In this document: one piece after another, positions 9,455-18,247 of the stretch
Position numbering within the stretch: position 1 is the first letter of the stretch
Layout: every line of letters begins with the position of its first letter
DNA from: an uncultured Mycoplasma sp.
GTDB taxonomy: Bacteria; Bacillota_I; Bacilli_A; RF39; UBA660
DNA: 64,000 nt
Reading direction: 5' to 3'
Assembly: GCA_947646115.1 (NCBI GenBank)
Contig: CANSFH010000002.1
Coordinates: forward strand, 27,806-91,805
Made by a program: the position numbers and the translations under genes
The notes under the pieces: model-generated
Database searches by the model: none
The model's input: only the letters and a program-made list of their open reading frames with translations
What the model was told of the DNA's origin: nothing

Positions 9455-10708
9455 ATGAAACAAATGATAATTGAAGGAAATAATATTCTTTCTGGAGATA
9501 TTCATATTGGCGGAGCTAAAAATAGTGCGGTAGCACTTATACCAGCTTCTATTATGGCTTATGGGGCCTCAACGATTAAAAATGTTCCAAATATTTCTGA
9601 TCGTGATGCCTTAATTGATATTTTAAAATTATTAAATTGTGATATAAAATTAACTAAAGATGAACTAATTATAGATACAACAGATTTAAAAAATGTAAAC
9701 ATTGATTGTAGCTATTCTAGCAAACTTAGAGCATCTTATTATTTTATGGGAGCTCTTTTAGGCCGTGATAAATATGTTGAAATATGTTTGCCTGGCGGCT
9801 GTAACATTGGTACAAGACCTATAGATATTCATATTGATGGTTTTAAGGCATTAGGAGCCAAAGTAACAATAAAAGATAATAAATATATTTTAGAAGCAGA
9901 CAAATTAATTGGTACTGATATTAATCTTCGCTTTAAAAGTGTTGGAGCAACTATTAATATAATGCTTGCAAGTGTTCTAGCAGAAGGAGTAACTACCATT
10001 CACAATGCCGCAGAAGAAATAGAAATAATTAATATTGCAGAATTTTTAAATGCTATGGGAGCTAAAATAACAGGAGCGGGAACAGCAACTATTACGATAA
10101 CAGGAGTGGAATCTTTATATGGCGCTGAAATTTCGGTATTACCAGACCGTATAGAAGCAGGAACGTATATTATTCTTGGAGCTCTTTGTGGTCAAGAGTT
10201 GTGTATAAAAGATATTAATCCTCATCATTTAGAATCTTTAATTAACACTTTAAAAAACATAGGTGTTGATATCAAAGTTAATTCTAATAATATTCTAATA
10301 AATAAAACAGAAAATCTCCGACCAGTTAATATAAAAACTGAAGTATATCCTGGTTTTCCGACCGATATAGGCCAACCTATGAGCGTATTATTAACTCAAA
10401 TATCAGGATCTTCAGAATTTGAAGAAACTATATGGGAAAATAGAATGGGGCATATTCCATCTTTAACGAAAATGGGCGCAAATATCAAAGTAAATAAAAA
10501 TAAAGCAACCATTATTGGTCCTACCGCATTAAAAGGAGCAGAAGTTCTAGCTACAGATTTAAGAGGGGGAGCATCCCTAGTTTTAGCAGGATTAATTGCG
10601 GATGGAACAACCATTATAACTGATGTTGAACATATTTTAAGAGGATACGAAAATATTGTTTTAAAGCTTAAAAATGTAGGTGCTAAAATAGAAATAAGAG
10701 AAATATAG
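9455..10708 (+). CDS. murA: UDP-N-acetylglucosamine 1-carboxyvinyltransferase
   Basis: 417 aa with the typical MurA N-terminus (GGAKNSAVALIPA) and a CNIG active-site cysteine region. Lying next to rpmE resembles B. subtilis murAB. Confidence 0.95.
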   Translation: MKQMIIEGNNILSGDIHIGGAKNSAVALIPASIMAYGASTIKNVPNISDRDALIDILKLLNCDIKLTKDELIIDTTDLKNVNIDCSYSSKLRASYYFMGALLGRDKYVEICLPGGCNIGTRPIDIHIDGFKALGAKVTIKDNKYILEADKLIGTDINLRFKSVGATINIMLASVLAEGVTTIHNAAEEIEIINIAEFLNAMGAKITGAGTATITITGVESLYGAEISVLPDRIEAGTYIILGALCGQELCIKDINPHHLESLINTLKNIGVDIKVNSNNILINKTENLRPVNIKTEVYPGFPTDIGQPMSVLLTQISGSSEFEETIWENRMGHIPSLTKMGANIKVNKNKATIIGPTALKGAEVLATDLRGGASLVLAGLIADGTTIITDVEHILRGYENIVLKLKNVGAKIEIREI

Positions 10709-10743
10709 TTTAATAAAGCTATATTTTTTTTGAGGTGAAATTT

Positions 10744-11412
10744 ATGAAGAAAAAACTGATAATTATTGTCTTGTTAGGTGGTATTTTATCAGTTATTATT
10801 TATTTTTATGCTAAAAATGATGAAATAAATATAACCGCTATCGGTGATGGTTTATCTAATGGAATGACACCTTATAATATAGAAGGATATAGTTTTAATG
10901 ATTATTTAAAGGAAGATTATACAACTTCTCATAAGTTAAAAAATTATATTTATGAATTTGCCAGCGCTGGTATTACAACTAAAGAATTAATTTATGATAT
11001 TAAAGAAAATAAAGAATTAACTATAAAAAATGAACTAATGGAAATTCAAAGAGCAATTAATGAAGCCGATATTCTAACTATTGCTATAGGCATGGATGAA
11101 ATAATGAATACTAAATTAACTAGAGAAGCAATAAATGAATTTAAAAACAATTTAAAAGAGTTATTTGGTATGATTAAAATGTTAAATCAAAACAAAATTT
11201 TTATTATTGGCCTATACGAAAATAAATTTAAAGATGCTTTAACAATTAATAAAATAAATGCTATTATTAGAGATACAGCTTTAACTAATGGCTTTATATT
11301 TGTAGATATAACTAAAATAGCTAAACCTGAATATTTCTTAACAAATGATAGTTATTACTTAAATTATAATGGCCATAAAGCTATTTATAAAGAAATAAAA
11401 AAGATAATTTAA
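10744..11412 (+). CDS. SGNH/GDSL-family hydrolase with N-terminal membrane anchor
   Basis: GDSL-like block ITAIGDGLSNG after a TM helix. Confidence 0.55.
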   Translation: MKKKLIIIVLLGGILSVIIYFYAKNDEINITAIGDGLSNGMTPYNIEGYSFNDYLKEDYTTSHKLKNYIYEFASAGITTKELIYDIKENKELTIKNELMEIQRAINEADILTIAIGMDEIMNTKLTREAINEFKNNLKELFGMIKMLNQNKIFIIGLYENKFKDALTINKINAIIRDTALTNGFIFVDITKIAKPEYFLTNDSYYLNYNGHKAIYKEIKKII

Positions 11413-11505
11413 TAATTTTACTTGTAAACTTCATAAAATATGATATAATACTTGTGACTATTAATTTACTATGTCAAAAAATTTGATATGGCGGGAGGGA
11501 ATAAG

Positions 11506-11718
11506 ATGAAAAAAGGTATTCATCCAGAAACAAAAGAAATAACAATTACTTGTGCATGTGGAGCATCATTCAAAGCTCACTCAACAAAAGAAAATATCCA
11601 AGTTGAAATTTGTAGTGAATGTCATCCATTCTATACAGGAGCTCAAGGTAAAGTTAAGAAAACTGGTAATATTGAGAAATTTAACCGTAAATATGGTTTA
11701 AATAACGAAACAAAATAG
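11506..11718 (+). CDS. rpmE: 50S ribosomal protein L31
   Basis: MKKGIHPE... with CxxC...CxxC zinc ribbon (CAC...CSEC). Promoter TTGTAA...TATAAT upstream. Confidence 0.9.
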   Translation: MKKGIHPETKEITITCACGASFKAHSTKENIQVEICSECHPFYTGAQGKVKKTGNIEKFNRKYGLNNETK

Positions 11719-11763
11719 TAATTACGAAAGTGATTACTTTTTAATTGTTCTTACTTTATCTTA

Positions 11764-12414
11764 CTAAAAATAAATTTTATAAAAAAGAAAAGCTAATATT
11801 CCAATTATTATAAAAATACATATTTTAACAAAATGTTCTTTAAAATTATAATACCACAAAACTATTCTCGTCAAAAATTTAATAGACCAATTTAAATCAT
11901 TAATTTTTATTTTTATAATATCTAGTTCATCTACTTTTTCCCCAGTGAAATCACACTTCACACGATTTATAATTCTAGAAATTAAAATAAACATACAACT
12001 TGTATTTAGCTTTTTCTTTAGCTTAAACTTATCAGTTTTATTTTTTCCTTGTGATTTATAAGTATATTGCATATAATCTTTAATAGCCTTAACAGTTTTA
12101 GATGAACAATACATATAATTATCTTCTAGAACTCGCGTTAAAGCATTAATATCACTTATTGATATATCATCATTTATTTCATAAGCTTTTTTATAAGAAT
12201 TAACTATATTAAAACCATTCATAAATAAATCTACCCAAAAACGTAAAATTTTCTCCTGTAAATCAACACCCTTATCTTTAAAATATTGAGTTGTTAAACT
12301 CTTTTTAGTATTTTTAGAAGTAAATTTAGCAGTAATATAAGCAACAATTATTGTAACTATAAACCCCATTATTTTCATTCCATTTTCTGATAAAATAAAA
12401 TCTTTATAACTCAT
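11764..12414 (-). CDS. Hypothetical membrane protein
   Basis: 216 aa with N- and C-terminal hydrophobic helices. No motif recognised. Confidence 0.4.
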   Translation of the reverse strand: MSYKDFILSENGMKIMGFIVTIIVAYITAKFTSKNTKKSLTTQYFKDKGVDLQEKILRFWVDLFMNGFNIVNSYKKAYEINDDISISDINALTRVLEDNYMYCSSKTVKAIKDYMQYTYKSQGKNKTDKFKLKKKLNTSCMFILISRIINRVKCDFTGEKVDELDIIKIKINDLNWSIKFLTRIVLWYYNFKEHFVKICIFIIIGILAFLFYKIYF

Positions 12415-12527
12415 AATAAAATCACCAAACCTATTATAACTTACTATTTAAAATATATATAGTAAATTATTAATTTTTTCTTTAAAAATAACTAATAATT
12501 TGGTATTATAAAGCAGTGGTGAAACAT

Positions 12528-13130
12528 ATGGAAGAACTATTTCGTATCAATGGTAAGACAATTTATAATATAAACACTACCATTTTATATACTAGTGATT
12601 TTAATTTTAATGCTGATGCTATTATATATTTAAATAACGGCTGTCTTTTATTTGAAAAAAATGGTCGCTATAATATAAATGACATTTCTGATGAACTATT
12701 AGACATATTTGAATGTTTACCATTAAAAAATAAACAAAATTTAACTAAAATAGATGAAATTAAAATAAATATTCTTGGAAACTTATTAAGTCCCAAAAAA
12801 GTCTTTGTTTTCTTAAATATTTTCACATATTTAGATAATAAATTTAAAAATAAATTAATTAGTTTTCTTGCTAGGGCCAATAAAATAGTTATAAACTATA
12901 CCACTGATATTGAAGAAGTTTTATTATTTCCCTATTTAATAATCAGTCAAAAAAAACAAATAATTATTGAAGGAAATACAGAGGAAGTTTTAAAAGAAGA
13001 AAGAATAATTAAAAAATTAGGTTTTAATCTTCCATTTATTGTGGAATTATCAAGTGGATTAAAATACTATGGATTAGTTGATAAAGTTTATTTTAATAAT
13101 GAAAGCTTGGTGGAAGATTTATGGAAGTAG
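12528..13130 (+). CDS. Degenerate EcfA-like ABC ATPase (predicted inactive)
   Basis: ABC-ATPase-like layout, but Walker A is absent (ADAIIYLNNGCLLF), the signature is LSPKK instead of LSGGQ, and Walker B is YLD instead of DE. It occupies the ecfA1 position upstream of truA. Confidence 0.45.
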   Translation: MEELFRINGKTIYNINTTILYTSDFNFNADAIIYLNNGCLLFEKNGRYNINDISDELLDIFECLPLKNKQNLTKIDEIKINILGNLLSPKKVFVFLNIFTYLDNKFKNKLISFLARANKIVINYTTDIEEVLLFPYLIISQKKQIIIEGNTEEVLKEERIIKKLGFNLPFIVELSSGLKYYGLVDKVYFNNESLVEDLWK

Positions 13131-13738
13131 CAAGAATCCTCGAAAATAAAGCGCCCAATAAAATTTATGGAATAATGGGAAATATAGATATTACTGCTAA
13201 TAATGTAAATTATTCTCTTGTAACAGAGTTTAAATTTAGTGGTTCTGTTATGAATTATTTAAATAGTCCCAAAGCTAAAAATGCTCTTAAAATGGTAATG
13301 CTAACTGAAAATTATTTAGAAAAAAAAGTTGAAGATTTAAGCGAAACTGAAATAAAAAAAATAATTCTTGCGAATGCCTTAATTAAAAACAAAGAATATA
13401 TTGTATTAGATTACTTTGAAAAAGGAATAACTTACAAAGAACGAGAAAGTTTTAAAAGATTATTTCGCAAATTATCAAATGAATATCAAAAAAGCATTAT
13501 ACTATTTACCAATGATATAACTTTCCTTTGGGATATAGCTGATGAAATAATATATGTGGATAACAAAGAAGTTATTAACACTTTTACTAAAGATAAATAT
13601 TTTGAATTAGCTAAATTAGTAGATCAACCAGAAATAGTAAAATTTATCGAATTAATGCGCTCTAAAAATATTAATGTTGAAAACTATAAAAATGTTTTAG
13701 ATTTACTTAAAGCAATTTATAGAATTAAAGGTGAGTAA
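13121..13738 (+). CDS. Degenerate EcfA-like ABC ATPase (predicted inactive)
   Basis: Aligns by eye to the ABC signature/Walker B/H-loop block, but with LSETE for LSGGQ, LDYFE for ILDEPT, FTND for the H-loop and GIMGNIDIT for Walker A. It overlaps the previous gene by 10 nt. Confidence 0.5.
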   Translation: MEVARILENKAPNKIYGIMGNIDITANNVNYSLVTEFKFSGSVMNYLNSPKAKNALKMVMLTENYLEKKVEDLSETEIKKIILANALIKNKEYIVLDYFEKGITYKERESFKRLFRKLSNEYQKSIILFTNDITFLWDIADEIIYVDNKEVINTFTKDKYFELAKLVDQPEIVKFIELMRSKNINVENYKNVLDLLKAIYRIKGE

Positions 13739-13740
13739 CA

Positions 13741-14475
13741 ATGCATTATTTAATAAGTATAAAGTATGATGGTTCTAAATTTTATGGTTTTCAACGTTTA
13801 AAAGAAAAAGAATCAGTTCAAAAAAAATTAGAGGAAGCCTTAACTATCATTAATAAAAAAGAAGTTACTATAAAAGGTGCTGGAAGAACTGACCGTGGAG
13901 TTCATGCATTAGATCAAAAAGCAACTTTTGATTTAGATATAAATATTGCTCCTGTAAGATTAAAAAATGCGCTAAATAGTTTAGTTAAGCCTTATATTTA
14001 TATTACTGATGTTAAAGTGGTACATGATACATTTCATGCTAGATTTGATACATTAAAAAAAGAATATATTTATAAAATAAATTTAGGTGAATATGATCCT
14101 TTAAAAAAAGATTACTATTATGAGCCAGAATTCAAACTAAATATTAAAGAAATGAAAAAATGTGCTAAACTATTTATTGGCATTCATAACTTTAAAAATT
14201 TTGTATCAGGTACAAGAACAAATTATGATTGCATTATTTATAACATTAAGTTTAAGAAGAAAAAAAATATTCTTGAAATAAAATTTATTGGCAAAAGTTT
14301 TTATCGATATATGGTAAGAAATTTAGTAGGAGCCATGCTAGATGTTAGTATCAAAAGAATAAGTTTAGATGATATTAAAAATGCTTTAAATAGTCCTGAA
14401 AAGGAAAAAGCATTTAGTACTGCGGAAGCTCAAGGCTTATACTTAAACAAAATCTATTATAAAGGAGAAAAATAA
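13741..14475 (+). CDS. truA: tRNA pseudouridine(38-40) synthase
   Basis: Catalytic motif GAGRTDRGVHA. 244 aa, in the conserved position upstream of rplM-rpsI. Confidence 0.9.
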   Translation: MHYLISIKYDGSKFYGFQRLKEKESVQKKLEEALTIINKKEVTIKGAGRTDRGVHALDQKATFDLDINIAPVRLKNALNSLVKPYIYITDVKVVHDTFHARFDTLKKEYIYKINLGEYDPLKKDYYYEPEFKLNIKEMKKCAKLFIGIHNFKNFVSGTRTNYDCIIYNIKFKKKKNILEIKFIGKSFYRYMVRNLVGAMLDVSIKRISLDDIKNALNSPEKEKAFSTAEAQGLYLNKIYYKGEK

Positions 14476-14477
14476 AT

Positions 14478-14792
14478 ATGGATAACAACAATATACTAGT
14501 AGCGATGTTTGTCCAAAATTATGATAAAATGACTCAAGCTGTAGCAGGAAATATTAATTGGTTATATCAAATAGCATGCATAAATTGTACTTTAAGTTCC
14601 TTAATAGATGCCAAAGATCATTTAGATGAAATAAGTAAGTTTTATATATATAATACTCTTACTATTGCCATGTCTTTCGAAAGAAAATATGCTGGTTCTA
14701 GAATAGCTGAAGTAGAATCATTAAAAGCATATTTGGAAACATTAAAAAAATTATCAATTAAACGTGAAGACTTTAAAAGGTCATCAAGATAG
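14478..14792 (+). CDS. Hypothetical protein
   Basis: 104 aa. An AGGAG RBS lies 10 nt upstream and overlaps the end of truA. Confidence 0.45.
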   Translation: MDNNNILVAMFVQNYDKMTQAVAGNINWLYQIACINCTLSSLIDAKDHLDEISKFYIYNTLTIAMSFERKYAGSRIAEVESLKAYLETLKKLSIKREDFKRSSR

Positions 14793-14815
14793 CTATTATT
14801 TGCAAAATTTCTAAA
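14788..14815 (+). promoter_or_regulatory. Near-consensus sigma-A promoter with extended -10 (TTGCAA-N16-TGaTATAAT)
   Basis: TTGCAA at 14788..14793 and TATAAT at 14810..14815 preceded by TG. It points into the ORF-free GC-rich segment. Confidence 0.6.
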
Positions 14816-14822
14816 ATATGAT

Positions 14823-15405
14823 ATAATTATATTTCGAAATGGCACATTATTCTAGTCAATACATATTACGAAGACGAATGTAAAAGATCGTTACAGAGCA
14901 CATCTATGAAACTTCTGGTGCTTGCTTCTTGCGCCCAGCTTGGGGTGAGTGCTGGAAATGAAGATTTCTTGGGCGACCATAATGGCATATGGCAAACGCC
15001 CCAGGTTATCGCGGAGACCTAACTTTGTGGAATAAATAATTCTACGAACTAGGCTTGAACCTACTTGTGGCGAAAGTTATGAGTAGTGTAGCTTGGCTTG
15101 AGTGGGAAACGGGGATAAATGACAGCTAAATCTGGCGTGTACATGTTACAGATTTAGTATTGCTTTTTGAAACGTTTACTGCAAAAGAGCATAAGTAATG
15201 GGGGTATTGTCGAGGAAAACTCCTAGAGTGCATATTAGAGTAAGATTGCAGTGTGTACTAAGTGGCAATCAGGTAATAAGATAGGTAACTACTTATTTAT
15301 TCCTTTAAATGGGAACGGCCTACGTGGTAACATTTAGGTAGGGATAAGGGAAATCCAACCTGACCTTAAGTCGCAAAGTTTATTATTTTAATAGCCATTT
15401 CAAAA
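14823..15405 (+). ncRNA. Large structured non-coding RNA, candidate OLE-like
   Basis: About 580 nt with no ORF in any frame and roughly 45% GC against a roughly 27% background. Perfect local stems are visible (cttgggg/ccccagg near 14935..14995 and agctaaatctg/cagatttagt near 15120..15160). It has its own promoter and is followed by a 4-TM membrane protein gene. Confidence 0.5.
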
Positions 15406-15421
15406 TTAAATAGGTAATAAT

Positions 15422-16012
15422 ATGAAAGATAAAAAGAATAAAGAAAAATATAATAAAAAAGCAAGCAAACAAAATAAGAATGTAAATATGAAAGCAGATT
15501 ATAAATGGATAGTGACAATAACACTGACAGCTTTTATAATCACTTTTGTTATGAGTTCATTTTCTGAAATTGCTCTAAAAGATATAAGTTTAATTTTTGG
15601 TATCTTAATAGTAGTAATTTTTATAGCTTTAGGAATAATTTTTGATATGATTGGTGTTTCTGTAACTGTCGCTGATAAAAAAGTATTTCACTCTATGGCT
15701 GCCAAAAAAGTAAGTGGCGCACGAGTAGCTTTAAAACTTATTGAAAACAATTCTAAAGTTTCCAGTTTTTGTAATGATGTTATTGGCGATATATGTGGTA
15801 TTCTATCTGGTACTGCCGCATCTACCATTGCTATATTATTAGCTAACGAATTAAAAATAAACTTATTTTTAGTCACATTAATTATTACTAGTTTAATCGC
15901 TGCCTTTACAATTGGAGGTAAAGCTTTAGGTAAAAGCATAGCAATAAATCATTCTAATAATATTTTATATAAGTTTGCTAAAGTTTTAAAAATATTTAGT
16001 AAGGAAAAATAA
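15422..16012 (+). CDS. Small 4-TM membrane protein, possibly OapA-like
   Basis: 196 aa (about 21 kDa) with a lysine-rich N-terminus and four hydrophobic helices. It lies immediately after the ncRNA candidate with no intervening terminator. Confidence 0.5.
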   Translation: MKDKKNKEKYNKKASKQNKNVNMKADYKWIVTITLTAFIITFVMSSFSEIALKDISLIFGILIVVIFIALGIIFDMIGVSVTVADKKVFHSMAAKKVSGARVALKLIENNSKVSSFCNDVIGDICGILSGTAASTIAILLANELKINLFLVTLIITSLIAAFTIGGKALGKSIAINHSNNILYKFAKVLKIFSKEK

Positions 16013-16204
16013 TATAATTATATAAAAAACCAATAAATTGTCAAAAATGATAGAAAAAAATGCAAAAAATAAAAAATCTATCATTTTTCATTTGACAAAA
16101 CCATATAATTTACATATAATTTTAAATGGTACATTTTATTTGTTGGAGTTCCAATACCCTGGGAAAGTAGAAAGAACGAAAACTAATGAAAGGAAAAAAT
16201 AGTT

Positions 16205-16636
16205 ATGAAGACATTCATGCAAACAAAAGAAAACATTGAACGTAATTGGTATGTAATCGATGCTGAAGGAAAAAATTTAGGTCGTGTTGCTACTAAAGCT
16301 GCAACTATCCTTAGAGGAAAACATAAAGTTACATATACTCCTCACGTAGACTGTGGAGATTATGTAATTATTGTTAACGCAGCAAAAGTTAATTTAACTG
16401 GAAATAAGTTAAATGACAAAATGTATTATAATCACTCTGGATTTCCAGGAGGATTAAGAGAAAGAAACGCTAAAACTATGATTGAAAAGTATCCAGAAGA
16501 AATGCTTGAAAGAGCTGTAAAAGGTATGCTTCCTCATGGTGCCTTAGGCAGAAAAATGGGTAAGAAATTATTCGTTTATGCTGATGGAAACCATAAACAT
16601 GAAGCACAAAAACCTGTTTCTATGGATATTGATTAG
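16205..16636 (+). CDS. rplM: 50S ribosomal protein L13
   Basis: 143 aa with the typical L13 sequence ([14 protein letters not shown]...). Confidence 0.95.
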   Translation: MKTFMQTKENIERNWYVIDAEGKNLGRVATKAATILRGKHKVTYTPHVDCGDYVIIVNAAKVNLTGNKLNDKMYYNHSGFPGGLRERNAKTMIEKYPEEMLERAVKGMLPHGALGRKMGKKLFVYADGNHKHEAQKPVSMDID

Positions 16637-16648
16637 GAGGTATAATTA

Positions 16649-17065
16649 ATGGCTAAACAAGTTTGGACTGCAACAGGTCGTCGTAAAAGAAGTTCTGCTC
16701 AAGTAAGAATTACTGGTGGAACTGGAAATATTACAGTAAACGGAGTAGACGTTAATGAATATTTTCCAAACCAAATCTTAGTTATGGATTTAAAACAACC
16801 ATTAACTGTAACAAATAACGACAATCGTTTTGATATTGAAGTAACAGTTAAAGGTGGAGGATTCTCTGGTCAAGCTGGAGCTATTCGTTTAGGTATTGCA
16901 AGAGCATTACTTGAATTTGATGCTAACACTGATCAAACAAGAGAAGATTCTTATCGTAAAATTTTAAAAACAAACGGTTTCTTAACTCGTGATGCTAGAG
17001 TAAAAGAACGTAAAAAATACGGTCTTAAAAAAGCTCGTCGCGCACCACAATTCTCAAAGAGATAA
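16649..17065 (+). CDS. rpsI: 30S ribosomal protein S9
   Basis: C-terminal ...[19 protein letters not shown]...[25 protein letters not shown]. Confidence 0.95.
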   Translation: MAKQVWTATGRRKRSSAQVRITGGTGNITVNGVDVNEYFPNQILVMDLKQPLTVTNNDNRFDIEVTVKGGGFSGQAGAIRLGIARALLEFDANTDQTREDSYRKILKTNGFLTRDARVKERKKYGLKKARRAPQFSKR

Positions 17066-17072
17066 TATATAT

Positions 17073-17108
17073 TCAATGTTTCAAAGTCCGATATATTCGG
17101 GCTTTTTT
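17073..17108 (+). terminator. Rho-independent terminator after rpsI
   Basis: Hairpin gtccga-tatat-tcgggc followed by TTTTTTT. Confidence 0.6.
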
Positions 17109-17304
17109 TGTGTAACAAAAATCACTATGGCGGAATCCCTAGTTGAGGTGAACTAGGATTATCGGGCAATATTAGTACTTTAAGCCTTATATCATCATTT
17201 ATCAGCTCTTTAATTATTGCTATTATCTTTAATATTTTTAATACTTAATAATTAAATTGCTTATATTTAAAGATTATGATAATATTTAAAATAGGAGTGT
17301 GCCT

Positions 17305-18171
17305 ATGAAAAAAGTTTTAGAATCTGTCGGGGTATTTTTGGTTGCCATCTTAATAACTGGGTGTATGAATGTCAAAATGGTTATGAAAGTTAATGACGAT
17401 AAAAGTGTTGATGTAAATATGACCATGGAATTAGATTTACTTGAATATGCTAAATTAACAAATTCATTTGGAGAAAATTTAACAGAAGAAGACCTAAAAA
17501 AACAGTTGAATGAAGCTATGAATTCTGAAGATTTCAATATGGATGAATTTATGGATGAAGAACAGAGAAAAGAAATGGAAAGTCAAGGATATAAAGTTGA
17601 TGTAATCCTTGATAAAGAAAAATATATTTATAGAATTGTCTTAACACAGCACTTTAATAATATTGATGATGCTTCAAAAACAGAAGAAGAAGCTACAAAG
17701 AAAGATGATAATGATAAAGTTATAAATAACTTCTTCATTAAAACATCAAATAACACTTATAAATTTGATATCGATAGCACTGACAATTCATCTACTGAAA
17801 CAGATTCAGATATAAATAATTCAATGAATGAAATGATCAATAATATGGCAAGTATTACATATAATTATGAAATTACACTGCCAACTAAACCTATATCCAA
17901 TAATGCTACTAAAGTATCTAATGATGGTAAAACTTTAACTTGGGATTTAAAGGCTAATGATAAAAATAAAGTTGAATTTGAATTTGCTTTTCCAGAACCT
18001 AAAGAAGAAACTAAAACACCAGTCGCTACAGCTTCTACTAACAATTTTACAAGCTTTTTTAAAGATATGAATAATGAAAAAATTCTGGCTCTTGGTCTTA
18101 TTGTTGGTGGTTCCTTAACATTGGTAGTTGCTACTATTGCTTACTTCACAAGTAATAGAAAAAATAAATAA
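17305..18171 (+). CDS. Lipoprotein with a low-complexity acidic ectodomain
   Basis: Signal peptide ending in the lipobox LITGC, with AGGAG 7 nt upstream of ATG 17305. The body is D/E/N/K-rich with a C-terminal hydrophobic segment. Confidence 0.6.
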   Translation: MKKVLESVGVFLVAILITGCMNVKMVMKVNDDKSVDVNMTMELDLLEYAKLTNSFGENLTEEDLKKQLNEAMNSEDFNMDEFMDEEQRKEMESQGYKVDVILDKEKYIYRIVLTQHFNNIDDASKTEEEATKKDDNDKVINNFFIKTSNNTYKFDIDSTDNSSTETDSDINNSMNEMINNMASITYNYEITLPTKPISNNATKVSNDGKTLTWDLKANDKNKVEFEFAFPEPKEETKTPVATASTNNFTSFFKDMNNEKILALGLIVGGSLTLVVATIAYFTSNRKNK

Positions 18172-18247
18172 AGTATAAATTAATAAAAATTGTAAAAAGT
18201 TTAAAAAAATGCTATAATAAAGTCGCTTTAAAAGGAAGTGACTTTTT

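Noticed and set aside
14823-15405. RNase P RNA, tmRNA, SRP RNA or a group II intron as the identity of the GC-rich ORF-free segment
   Set aside because: I see no GGAAAGUCC or GGUAAGAG RNase P blocks. There is no tmRNA tag reading frame and no 3' tRNA-like CCACCA end. The segment is too long for SRP or 6S RNA. No group II domain V consensus is visible. The identity stays open, with OLE-like as the favoured guess.
16040-16110. Imperfect inverted repeat ttgtcaaaaatgatag...ctatcatttt(t)cat-ttgacaa upstream of rplM as a regulatory RNA or L13 leader
   Set aside because: The arms are interrupted and AT-rich, and I cannot tell a ribosomal-protein leader from promoter-proximal noise by eye. I note it only as a low-confidence possibility.
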